This document shows positions 50,613-59,575 of a DNA stretch of 64,000 bases, one piece after another. Below the pieces are notes generated by a model. That model was not told the origin of the DNA. It searched no databases and saw only the letters and a list, made by a program, of their open reading frames with translations. The first letter of the stretch is position 1. Each line of letters starts with the position of its first letter. The position numbers and the translations under genes are program-made. The stretch comes from Patescibacteria group bacterium (GTDB taxonomy: Bacteria; Patescibacteriota; Patescibacteriia; Patescibacteriales; JBAZCA01): contig JBAZUF010000004.1 in the NCBI GenBank assembly GCA_041661505.1, forward strand, positions 4,861 to 68,860, written 5' to 3'.

Positions 50613-51518
50613 ATGCCCAATTTTGGACGCCAAATTAGCCATTTTTTGAAATACAATAATGCCGCTATCGTTATTATCGCGGTGATTTTACTTTTTGGCG
50701 GAGCGGTTTTCGCTAGCGAGCCCGGAAGAGACGCTGTTGGAAAGAAACAGACGGCAATCCAGGGCGTCGACAATAAGCTTTTGCTTGCTGCCGATCTGGA
50801 CAAGCATAAGTTTGATTTTAAAATCGAAAAAATCGAGGGCGACGAAAAATATTACTACGTTAATTTTACTTTTCTGGATATCGCGGTCGTAAACAGCGCC
50901 TGGCAATACCAGATGCGGGAAGGGGCGATAAAAGTCTCCAAAAATATTCCTGAAGATCTTGGAAATTATTTAAGCGGGGAATTGAAAGATATCCAGGAAA
51001 AAAGGCTAAAGGAATTAAAAGAAGCTAAAGATGAGGCGATAAAAAAAGGAGAGGAAAAGCGGATCCAGGTAACCGAATATACCGGCTTAATCGGGAAGAC
51101 TTTGAACCTGGCCGGCAATATCTTGCCAAATTACGAACCGGTAAAAAAAGTAGAATTACCGACTCCGGCCACTGACCCGGCGTTGACAGCGCAAATTGAA
51201 CGAAATATAGACGGCGGTTCCGGTTCTGATAATTTAACGCAAGTATATTTAAATTACGTAGCCGAGCATAACGGCGGCCAGGCAAATCCTCCGGCGGAAA
51301 GCGGCAATACTTCCGGGCCGGCTGATTCGGTAAATCCTCCGGCCGCTGGCGATAATGCCGGAAGCGACGGCGCTAATGCTGGGGGCGGTTCGAGCGGATC
51401 AGCGGGAATCGGCGCGGATACTCCCGGCGCGGGCGCGGGCGGTAATACCGGCGGCAGTACCGATTCCCAGACGCAAGAAGTCCAGGTAATTAATTTGCCG
51501 CAGAATAATACAGAGTAA
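50613..51518 (+). CDS. hypothetical membrane-anchored protein with a low-complexity G/A/N/S-rich C-terminus
   Basis: 301-aa ORF with an N-terminal TM helix. Confidence 0.5.
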   Translation: MPNFGRQISHFLKYNNAAIVIIAVILLFGGAVFASEPGRDAVGKKQTAIQGVDNKLLLAADLDKHKFDFKIEKIEGDEKYYYVNFTFLDIAVVNSAWQYQMREGAIKVSKNIPEDLGNYLSGELKDIQEKRLKELKEAKDEAIKKGEEKRIQVTEYTGLIGKTLNLAGNILPNYEPVKKVELPTPATDPALTAQIERNIDGGSGSDNLTQVYLNYVAEHNGGQANPPAESGNTSGPADSVNPPAAGDNAGSDGANAGGGSSGSAGIGADTPGAGAGGNTGGSTDSQTQEVQVINLPQNNTE

Positions 51519-51520
51519 AT

Positions 51521-52099
51521 ATGCCAGACAATTTTTCACAAACCGTCGATTTAAGGGAAGAGGCGGAAAGGAAGAAAAAAAATTCCAAGCCCAAGGAGTC
51601 TGATTTTGAAAAAGTTTACGGGCGGGAAGGGGAGGCAAGAAAAAAAGAACTGCAAAAGATTTCCGTTCCCCGGGCGCCAAAGGAAGCCAATCCGGCTTTT
51701 AGATATATTTTGATTGTTTTTGCCGTAATCCTGGTTGGAGCCGGAATATGGTTTTTATTTTTCCGCGGTTCAAATACGGCCTCAAAGCCTGAAGCAAATT
51801 TACCGAAGGGGAGCAACTGGAACGCGGTAAAGCTGGTGGACGGCGAAATTTTCTACGGCCAAATAAAAGATACCAAATCCGATCCGGTAGTAATCGAAAA
51901 CGTATATTATAACTACGAGCAAGCCCAGGACGTTAAAAAGGAAGTGGATGAAACCGCCAACCTGAAGCTGGTTAAGCGCGGAAAAGAAACCCACGGCCCG
52001 ACCGGCAGCCTAAACGTCGTCCGTTCGCAGATTATTTATATGGAGCCTTTGGCTGAAGATTCGAAAGTCTTGCAGGCGATTTTGGAATACGAGAAGTAG
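51521..52099 (+). CDS. hypothetical membrane-anchored protein
   Basis: 192-aa ORF with a Lys-rich N-terminus followed by a TM helix. Starts 2 nt after the previous gene. Confidence 0.5.
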   Translation: MPDNFSQTVDLREEAERKKKNSKPKESDFEKVYGREGEARKKELQKISVPRAPKEANPAFRYILIVFAVILVGAGIWFLFFRGSNTASKPEANLPKGSNWNAVKLVDGEIFYGQIKDTKSDPVVIENVYYNYEQAQDVKKEVDETANLKLVKRGKETHGPTGSLNVVRSQIIYMEPLAEDSKVLQAILEYEK

Positions 52100-52154
52100 G
52101 ATTTGTCTCGCCTCGTAATGGTAAGGATTATGGGGGATATCCCTCATTTTTAAT

Positions 52155-52502
52155 ATGAAGACGATAAAAATTAAAGGAAAAGTTGTTAAGGGGAAAGGCA
52201 AAGGGAAGGCCTTTGGCTTCCCGACCGCTAATATCGCCCTGCCGGAACTGGAAGAAAAAATAGGGAGCGGCGTCTATTATGGCCGGGTGGCAATCGGTTC
52301 GAAGGAATATAAGGCGGCGATATTTATACCGAAAGCGAAAGACCTGCTGGAAGCCAATATTTTCGATTTTGACGGCGATATCTATGGCTCCGAGATTGAG
52401 GTAATTTTGGGTAAAAAACTAAGGGAAGCCATAGATTTTAATAGCGAGAAAGATTTAATCGACCAGGTAAAAAAAGACCTTGGGGCGATAAAAATGGATT
52501 AA
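52155..52502 (+). CDS. riboflavin kinase (stand-alone RibF C-terminal domain)
   Basis: GKVVKGKGKGKAFGFPTANI and ANIFDFDGDIYG. Confidence 0.8.
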   Translation: MKTIKIKGKVVKGKGKGKAFGFPTANIALPELEEKIGSGVYYGRVAIGSKEYKAAIFIPKAKDLLEANIFDFDGDIYGSEIEVILGKKLREAIDFNSEKDLIDQVKKDLGAIKMD

Positions 52503-52539
52503 TTTAAGCTTAATGCTTCAGGCTTAATATAGGACGTCT

Positions 52540-53853
52540 ATGACTTATAAAATACACACTTTAGCCAACGGACTAAGGGTAATTACTTCGCCGGTCAAAG
52601 GGACCCAGACGGCGACGGTTTTAATTATGGTCGCTACCGGCTCGAAATTCGAAAACCGGGAAAATAGCGGAATTTCCCATTTTCTTGAGCACATGTTTTT
52701 CAAAGGGACGAAAAAGCGGCCGCGGGCTATTGATATTGCCAATGCCTTTGATTCGCTCGGGAGCGAAAATAACGCTTTTACCACTAAAGAATATACCGGC
52801 TATTGGGTTAAGGTGAATATCCAAAAATTGGACGCGGCGGTAGAAATATTAAGCGACCTGATCAAGAATTCAAAATACGAAGCCCAGGAAATTGAAAGGG
52901 AAAAAGGCGTGATTATCGAAGAGCTTAACATGTACGTTGACAATCCGATCATGCATATTGACGATGTCTTTGAAGAGGGATTGTACGGCGACACGCCGGC
53001 CGGCTGGCAAATTATCGGGACTAAAAAAACCATTGCCGGGCTTAGGCGGGAAGATTTTTTGAAATATGTTTCCTCGCAGTACGGCGCGGAAAACATGATC
53101 GTCAGCGTAGCGGGAAATATTAATGAGAAGGAAATTATTAAACTCGCGGAAAAGCATTTTTCCGGAATCGGCAAAGCCCGACCTGAAGATAAAGCGGCAG
53201 TGGTTGAGGCGCAGGCCGCTCCGCAGGCAAAAATCAGTTTTAAAAAAACCGACCAGGCGCATCTTATGCTCGGCGTCCGCGCTTTTCCGTACGGTGAAAG
53301 AAACGAATTCGCCCTGCGGGTGCTCGCGATAATTTTGGGCGGATCAATGGGATCGCGGCTTTTTACCGAGTTAAGGGAAAAGCGCGGGCTGGCTTACTAC
53401 GTCCGGGCCCAGAGCGAATTTTATACTGACAGCGGATATTTCGCGGCAAGCGCCGGAGTCCAGGTGGAAAAAATTGAAGAGTCAATTGAGATAATTTTGC
53501 GGGAGTTCAAAAAACTGGCGCGCGAGCTGGTCGGCCCCGTAGAATTAAAAAGGATAAAGGACCTGATCCGGGGGCGGATGTCTTTGCAATTCGAATCCTC
53601 GGACAGTATCGCGAGCTGGTACGGCCGGCAGGCGATTATGGCTTTAGAAAAAGCCAAGCTGGAAAAAACCGCGCCGGACTTAAAAAAGGAAATCCTGATT
53701 CCCGAAGACTTCTTTAAAAAAATCGACCAGGTCAGCCCGAAAGATATCCGCGAACTGGCCGGAAGAATTTTTGATAATTCAAGGCTAAATTTAGCCATAA
53801 TCGGGCCTTATAAAACGCAAGAAAAAATGTTCGCGAAGCTACTTAGATTTTAG
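52540..53853 (+). CDS. M16 family zinc peptidase
   Basis: Inverted zinc motif HFLEH within GISHFLEHMFFKGT. Confidence 0.85.
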   Translation: MTYKIHTLANGLRVITSPVKGTQTATVLIMVATGSKFENRENSGISHFLEHMFFKGTKKRPRAIDIANAFDSLGSENNAFTTKEYTGYWVKVNIQKLDAAVEILSDLIKNSKYEAQEIEREKGVIIEELNMYVDNPIMHIDDVFEEGLYGDTPAGWQIIGTKKTIAGLRREDFLKYVSSQYGAENMIVSVAGNINEKEIIKLAEKHFSGIGKARPEDKAAVVEAQAAPQAKISFKKTDQAHLMLGVRAFPYGERNEFALRVLAIILGGSMGSRLFTELREKRGLAYYVRAQSEFYTDSGYFAASAGVQVEKIEESIEIILREFKKLARELVGPVELKRIKDLIRGRMSLQFESSDSIASWYGRQAIMALEKAKLEKTAPDLKKEILIPEDFFKKIDQVSPKDIRELAGRIFDNSRLNLAIIGPYKTQEKMFAKLLRF

Positions 53854-53872
53854 GATTTGCGCAGTCGTCTTG

Positions 53873-55042
53873 TTACCGATTTCCTTTTGCTCTATTATGA
53901 GTCTTGCATAACATCTGACAATTTTTGGCCGACGTCGCTCCACCCTTACTCCACGCCGCTACATGATCGGCATCCATTTCAGCAAAACTCCAAATCTTAT
54001 TCTTACCGGCATCATGTCCAAGAGCGCAATGCTGGCAGTTTGATTCGCCTTTTTTCTCTGCCTTGGCGGTTTGCGCAGTATAAACCGCCTTTTTGGTCGC
54101 ATCGTCAAAAACTCTAACGTCAAGCAATTTCGCGTCAACAGAGCCTCCTAAAATATATTCAAAAATTCCTTTGCGGTTTTTTATATACGGGTCGCCATAA
54201 AGTTCACGTACTTCTTCCGAAACCTTTTTCGGATTGTATGATTTTTTATGGTATGCCTCATACAGCCGTCCCCACTCCAGTCCGCGCATCTCGCTTTCCA
54301 CATCAATAAATACGCCGGAAACCCAATCAATCACACTGCAAAAATACCTTTTCAGCTCGGTAATATTTTTATCAAAACGATGACTGCTCATATAGTCTCC
54401 GATATTGCCTTTGCTTACCCAATCCAGCGCGCGTTCCAAAAAATCCTGCCTGTTAGCGCTGCCCGATACATACGCGCTCCATTTTTGGATATTTGAGTTT
54501 TGGCTGTTGCTAAACTCCTCTTTGCCTAGTGTTACAAATGGTCCAGAATACACCGCGTTAAGCAGTTCCTGATTATTTAATGGCACTCCCGCGATATTGA
54601 TCGTTCTAAACCATTCTTTTATCTCGCTTTCGGTGCCTTCGCATTCATAAATGAGCAGTCTAGTTTCCCAAATTTTGGCTTTCTTGTCTTTTGCCATGCC
54701 GCTAAAATACTGCTCCATGCCGTTTTCGTCTTTGATAGCGAATTTGTCAGTTACAAAACGCCCAACGCTGGTGATGCGCTGCTGCCCGTCCAAAACTTCC
54801 AGGTTGTTTAGAGAAACTTTATTAAAATAAATCAGGCCGATTGGGTAGCTTTTAAGCAGAGATTCAATAACGGCAACCTCTCTTTTGCCGCCGTCGGAGG
54901 CATAGATATAGTTGCGCTGATACTCCGGCTGAATAGTAAGCTTGCCGGACAAACCAAATAACCCTTTGCCCTCAAGTTCGTTATAGACAAATCCGTTGCA
55001 AATATCTTTGACGGTAATGTTGGTTTTTAAAGTTGTTTTCAT
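53873..55042 (-). CDS. DUF262 (ParB-like NTPase/nuclease) plus HNH endonuclease, GmrSD/type IV restriction-like
   Basis: IQPEYQRNY and LDGQQRITS in the N-terminal domain. C-terminal HNH motif CQHC...[12 protein letters not shown]...[14 protein letters not shown]. Confidence 0.75.
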   Translation of the reverse strand: MKTTLKTNITVKDICNGFVYNELEGKGLFGLSGKLTIQPEYQRNYIYASDGGKREVAVIESLLKSYPIGLIYFNKVSLNNLEVLDGQQRITSVGRFVTDKFAIKDENGMEQYFSGMAKDKKAKIWETRLLIYECEGTESEIKEWFRTINIAGVPLNNQELLNAVYSGPFVTLGKEEFSNSQNSNIQKWSAYVSGSANRQDFLERALDWVSKGNIGDYMSSHRFDKNITELKRYFCSVIDWVSGVFIDVESEMRGLEWGRLYEAYHKKSYNPKKVSEEVRELYGDPYIKNRKGIFEYILGGSVDAKLLDVRVFDDATKKAVYTAQTAKAEKKGESNCQHCALGHDAGKNKIWSFAEMDADHVAAWSKGGATSAKNCQMLCKTHNRAKGNR

Positions 55043-55069
55043 AATATTGAAATTTTTATTAACTCTTTA

Positions 55070-55273
55070 TCACAAAACCCCCATTTTTTGTTCTAATCTC
55101 ACATCCTCGTCTTGTTGCTCAAGCCACAGATCGTAATCTGACTTCTTTTCACCCTTTTTCTCAGCAAGGATGTCAAGAGCCGGTTGACCTGTTTCAGCAT
55201 CCACGAACTTTGTGCCTGTAGTTTTTTCAAAGAATTTTATAAATGCTTCAGCATCAATAATTGGTTTTTGCAT
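55070..55273 (-). CDS. small hypothetical protein, 67 aa
   Basis: ORF within the minus-strand island. No family recognised. Confidence 0.35.
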   Translation of the reverse strand: MQKPIIDAEAFIKFFEKTTGTKFVDAETGQPALDILAEKKGEKKSDYDLWLEQQDEDVRLEQKMGVL

Positions 55274-55286
55274 AGGGGTTTTTATA

Positions 55287-56243
55287 CTATTTTTTGCTTT
55301 CCAGCCTTTTTTGATTATATTTTTCCAATTCTTTTCTTACCTTTTTTTCCATTTCCAAATGTGAAACATTGCCGGAACTTTGCAATATTTTTTTATCGTT
55401 CAAAACCAAGAAACTATCCAGTTTGCCAATCCAATCTTTCATATACATCAATCTTTGTTCCACGCTTTGAAGCTCGGCAAAAGACAAAAATTGTTCCACC
55501 AACAAATTTAACCTTTTTAGTTCCAATTCCTCTAAATAATTTTTAGCGATTTGCGCTTGCTCTCTATTAATGATTTTTCCTTTCCAGTTGGTAAGCCCCA
55601 GATTTTCTTTTTTATTATCAATCCGGCTGCTGACAATTTCCGCCGCCGTAAGTCCGGTAATGGCATAATGGAATTTATTTTGCACAGTGGCATAAAATAA
55701 TTTCGCGTAATTAGTTTTGGGATTATAATCGGCGCTGGTAGCAAAAACGTCCCGGACTTTTTGATAAAAATTTGCCTCGGAAGTCCTGATCCTCCTGATC
55801 CGTTCTTCCCACTCTTCAAAATAGGTTTTCTTCACCCGGCCTTCCGCCAAGCGTTCATCATCCATCACAAAACCTTTGACTATGTATTCTTTCAATTTTT
55901 GAGTAGCCCATATACGAAATTGGGTGCCGCGCAAAGAATTTATTCGATATCCTACGGAAATTATGGCATCAAGGTTATAATGTTTTGTGACATAATTCTT
56001 GCCATCAGAAGCAGTTACCGAGTATTCCTCGGTAACTGAATTTTCTCTTAGTTCAGCCTCTTTAAAGACATTTTTTAGGTGTAAACTGATGTTATCTGTT
56101 GAACAATCAAAAAGCTCCGCCATCTGCTTTTGCGAAAGCCAAACTGTCTCATTTCTCATCACCACCTCGACTTTCGTTTCGCCGTCTTCGGCGTTATAGA
56201 TAATGATCTGGTTATTTTTATCTTGATCGCTCATAGGCCGCAT
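55287..56243 (-). CDS. RhuM-family protein
   Basis: ETVWLSQKQMAELFDCSTDNISLHLKNVF and GYRINSLRGTQFRIWAT are typical of RhuM-like proteins seen next to R-M systems. Confidence 0.7.
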   Translation of the reverse strand: MRPMSDQDKNNQIIIYNAEDGETKVEVVMRNETVWLSQKQMAELFDCSTDNISLHLKNVFKEAELRENSVTEEYSVTASDGKNYVTKHYNLDAIISVGYRINSLRGTQFRIWATQKLKEYIVKGFVMDDERLAEGRVKKTYFEEWEERIRRIRTSEANFYQKVRDVFATSADYNPKTNYAKLFYATVQNKFHYAITGLTAAEIVSSRIDNKKENLGLTNWKGKIINREQAQIAKNYLEELELKRLNLLVEQFLSFAELQSVEQRLMYMKDWIGKLDSFLVLNDKKILQSSGNVSHLEMEKKVRKELEKYNQKRLESKK

Positions 56244-56845
56244 TACTTAACATCAGGCAAATCTCTTAGTTTTGTCCCTTTGTATTTAAAATAATCTGCG
56301 CCGGCATAAGCTCCGCTTGCGTTTAATTCTTTTCGTTGCTCATAAAGCTTATAGGCAAGCGGCGACAATTTCCAGACCTGGCCTTCATATTCTACTTCGC
56401 GCTCACCAACAACTTTTGCCGATATATTTTCATCGTCTTTAAAAACAACTATTTCTCCATTTTTTATTCCTTTTCTGTAAAAAGTGAACAGCCTGCTCTC
56501 TTCTCTTACTTTTGACACCTCGTCAAACTCTTTTTCTTGGTCAACATTTTCAGGATAAATAATTTTACCCTTAAAAGAAAGCAATAATTGTCGGATCAAT
56601 TCCTGGTCAAGCGCGAATAATTCACTCTCGCCGACCCGGTGCTTATTAAAAATATCATGCAGTAGCGACTCTTTATCAGCGTAATCCTCAAGCTCCATCG
56701 CAAAAAATCTTTTTAATCCGGCGACATTATAATAACCGTTGGCTTCAAGATTCCGCATCCGTTCCTGATAATTAGCAGTGCCGGTTTTTCCGATTTTTAT
56801 TAAACCGGAAACCGCGGTTGTCATTATGTAAATTGCTCCTTTCAT
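56243..56845 (-). CDS. GIY-YIG / T5orf172-type nuclease-like protein
   Basis: N-terminal GAIYIMTT...GLIKIGKT and ESELFAL resemble the T5orf172 domain. Confidence 0.6.
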   Translation of the reverse strand: MKGAIYIMTTAVSGLIKIGKTGTANYQERMRNLEANGYYNVAGLKRFFAMELEDYADKESLLHDIFNKHRVGESELFALDQELIRQLLLSFKGKIIYPENVDQEKEFDEVSKVREESRLFTFYRKGIKNGEIVVFKDDENISAKVVGEREVEYEGQVWKLSPLAYKLYEQRKELNASGAYAGADYFKYKGTKLRDLPDVK

Positions 56846-56863
56846 GTTGTTTATTTTAAAATA

Positions 56864-57676
56864 CTATTTATCAAGTATCTGTTTAATTAAGTTAGTAGTC
56901 GTAGTCCAAAATAATTTTGCATCACCAATTACTATACTTTCGCCCATTCTCAATTCCTTTTCTGGATGTATATAATTTCTATAGTCTCTAATAAGGCGGC
57001 TAAAATCTGCTGAAGGCTTTGTAATAACTTTTATCTCACTCAAAACATCAATATAATCCTTAAGCATCCATTCTCCTAGCTGTTTTGGCCTATTCGTTTT
57101 ATAGTCTTTAGGGGTTGACTTTTGTTTAAAAAGAACAGATTTATCATCAAACTTATTAATTTTTGCTATCAACACTGATTCTATCAAGCCACCCATCATG
57201 ACAGTTGATGCGAGAGGAGCCTCGCATTTTAAACAATTTTCTATCTCTGCCCATCTTTTCTGTATTATACTAATCATCGCTTTATCAGAAATTAAAATTG
57301 AAAAATCAGGCATAACACTTGAATCATTATAAACAATTTCGCCAGATATAATTTTTTTAATGATTATTGACCTCAGTTTAATCAAATCATTTTTTAATTT
57401 GTTGATAATATTTTTATAAATAGCTCTCTTTGTCCTCTTATCCGAAAAATCTAATAGTCTACAATAAGAATCATGAATTTTAGAGATATCAGTAGAATCG
57501 TTAAAAAAAATAGAAAGTTTGGGCTGATAAAATTTAATCCAAGAATAAGAAGTAGCCTTGATTAAATCTTTTTCATCAATAGAATTGACTTGATCGATTT
57601 TCTTCTTATTTAAAATCTTTTTCAGACTTTCTAATTCAATAATAGCTTTATCTATAAATGAAATATTTTCGTGCAT
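56864..57676 (-). CDS. hypothetical protein with a C-terminal HEPN-like Rx4-6H motif
   Basis: The C-terminus reads LIRDYRNYIHPEKE. The gene is very AT-rich. No family confidently assigned. Confidence 0.45.
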   Translation of the reverse strand: MHENISFIDKAIIELESLKKILNKKKIDQVNSIDEKDLIKATSYSWIKFYQPKLSIFFNDSTDISKIHDSYCRLLDFSDKRTKRAIYKNIINKLKNDLIKLRSIIIKKIISGEIVYNDSSVMPDFSILISDKAMISIIQKRWAEIENCLKCEAPLASTVMMGGLIESVLIAKINKFDDKSVLFKQKSTPKDYKTNRPKQLGEWMLKDYIDVLSEIKVITKPSADFSRLIRDYRNYIHPEKELRMGESIVIGDAKLFWTTTTNLIKQILDK

Positions 57677-57677
57677 A

Positions 57678-58274
57678 TTACTTTTTACTTTTTTTCTTGG
57701 TCACTTTTTTTTCTATACGGTTTCTCTTTTTCTTTTTAACTACTCTTCCGTCATTATTGTCAGGTAAAACCATTGCCACTAAATTTTCTCCAACCGTATT
57801 TAATTTATATTTTCCAGAATCAACCCTATCAAGATAACCTGATTTATTATAAACGTTGTTCAATGTTGCCGCAGGCTTCTGAAATCGGCTCCTATCAGAC
57901 AAACGAGCAGCTTCATTTAAATCTTCACTAATAATAAACTCTTTTTTTTGGTCTTCTGGGGCTTCAAATTTAAAATAATAAGCCACCACTGCCACAAATT
58001 GAGCGTCACTGCTTGGATTTTTTTCATTAACAAATCTTTTAATATCAACTCCTCTGCTTTTGGTGATAGATTGATCGGGCTGAATTTGACTAGTAGTTTC
58101 AGATACACCAAGAGAATAACCTACATCTTTAATACTTGGAGCATTTTTCATGCCCATTCTTTCACAAGCCCATTTAATGATTCTCATTCTTTCTTCATCG
58201 TTAAATTTTTCTAAAGACTCAACTAAGATTTTTACTGCGTCGAGGTCTTCAAATGATTTTTTTTGCTCAGACAT
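57678..58274 (-). CDS. hypothetical protein with a Lys-rich C-terminal tail
   Basis: 198-aa ORF whose stop lies 1 nt from the next gene's start. It may contain a winged-helix-like segment, which is a guess. Confidence 0.4.
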   Translation of the reverse strand: MSEQKKSFEDLDAVKILVESLEKFNDEERMRIIKWACERMGMKNAPSIKDVGYSLGVSETTSQIQPDQSITKSRGVDIKRFVNEKNPSSDAQFVAVVAYYFKFEAPEDQKKEFIISEDLNEAARLSDRSRFQKPAATLNNVYNKSGYLDRVDSGKYKLNTVGENLVAMVLPDNNDGRVVKKKKRNRIEKKVTKKKSKK

Positions 58275-58299
58275 ACATTTTTTAAATTAAATTATAAAC

Positions 58300-59442
58300 T
58301 TATTTCCCAACTTTCTTATGCCCAATAAAAATTCTCTTGTACGCCCTTTCGCTATTTATCAACGGCTGCGATACTTTGCTTTTTTCGTCCCATAATCCAT
58401 TTGAAAAACCTCTACCTTCACTTTCAGTGGCTCCTAAAATCTCAAACTGCTCCGGATTGTATTTATCTAAGAAACTGATCGGCACGCCCATTACGCCGTC
58501 ATAATCGCTAGGGATGGCATCGGTGAAGGGAACTTCTATGGCGTTGTAATTATCATATTTATCATACGCCTTTTTGCCTTTAATTTCTTTGTGCCTGCTG
58601 TATTTTAAATTTTCTTCCATGGTCATGAGCGGCAAAGCTCTGTGGCGGCGCCCGTGGTCAAGGCGGGTAAACCAGCAGGAATTCCCGAGTCTTGTATAGT
58701 TGCCAACATACCCTAGCCTAGCCGCTTTTAGCCTATCACTCTCCGCAATCTCAAAACCATTCGGCACGGCAAAGACCATATCACTCCCGTTGCCAGTCGC
58801 GCCAAGCCACATCTTGTTTTCCTTAATTTTTGGAAAAACTTCCTTATACGTTATAGCGTTCATGTTGCCGATAATCACGAACTTTTTATTGTACTCAAAA
58901 AGCTGTTTGACGTATTCGCGGAAAAGGCTGAACGGGGGATTGGTTACTACAATGTCGGATTGTTTTAGTAATTCTACGCACTCGGGACTTCTGAAATCGC
59001 CATCTTCATTAAGCGGAGTCCATTCGTTATGCTTATTTGCCTTTAACTGCTTGGCAACATCCTTTAGGTTGAATTCGCCATCGCCGTCTAAGTCATGCAC
59101 TTCATTGATAATAAATTTGTTGGCGGTTATCTTGGGGCGGCCTTTTGATTTTGGGAGAGATTTATTATCGCCAAACAACTCTAGTTGCGTGTTGGCTACG
59201 GGCGAGGGCTTGTAGCTGGTAGTGATAAGCTGTTTTAATCCGAGTTTATTGAAATTGAGCACGAAATAGCGAAAAAAATTGCTCTCATACGGATCGTCGC
59301 AATTGCAATACACCGCCTTGCCGCGGAATGCATTGGGGTTAAATTCCAGATACGCTTCAATTTCTTTCTGAATATCGCCGTACTGGGTATAAAACTCGTC
59401 ATTTTTTGCCCTTTTTGCGTTCGTAAGATTGCTGTTTGCCAT
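58300..59442 (-). CDS. N6-adenine DNA methyltransferase, EcoRI-methylase family
   Basis: N-terminal KNDEFYTQYGDI, YCNCDDP, and catalytic VVTNPPFSLF (NPPF). Confidence 0.8.
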   Translation of the reverse strand: MANSNLTNAKRAKNDEFYTQYGDIQKEIEAYLEFNPNAFRGKAVYCNCDDPYESNFFRYFVLNFNKLGLKQLITTSYKPSPVANTQLELFGDNKSLPKSKGRPKITANKFIINEVHDLDGDGEFNLKDVAKQLKANKHNEWTPLNEDGDFRSPECVELLKQSDIVVTNPPFSLFREYVKQLFEYNKKFVIIGNMNAITYKEVFPKIKENKMWLGATGNGSDMVFAVPNGFEIAESDRLKAARLGYVGNYTRLGNSCWFTRLDHGRRHRALPLMTMEENLKYSRHKEIKGKKAYDKYDNYNAIEVPFTDAIPSDYDGVMGVPISFLDKYNPEQFEILGATESEGRGFSNGLWDEKSKVSQPLINSERAYKRIFIGHKKVGK

Positions 59443-59575
59443 ATTGACTATACCCCTAAAATTAAATAAAATACGAGTATTAAGGCTTGGTTATATTATA
59501 GACCTGATTGGCTAAAGCTGGCAAATTTGGCGGACGAATGAAAGATGGATTGGCGGATTTTAAACTGGGAAAAAC

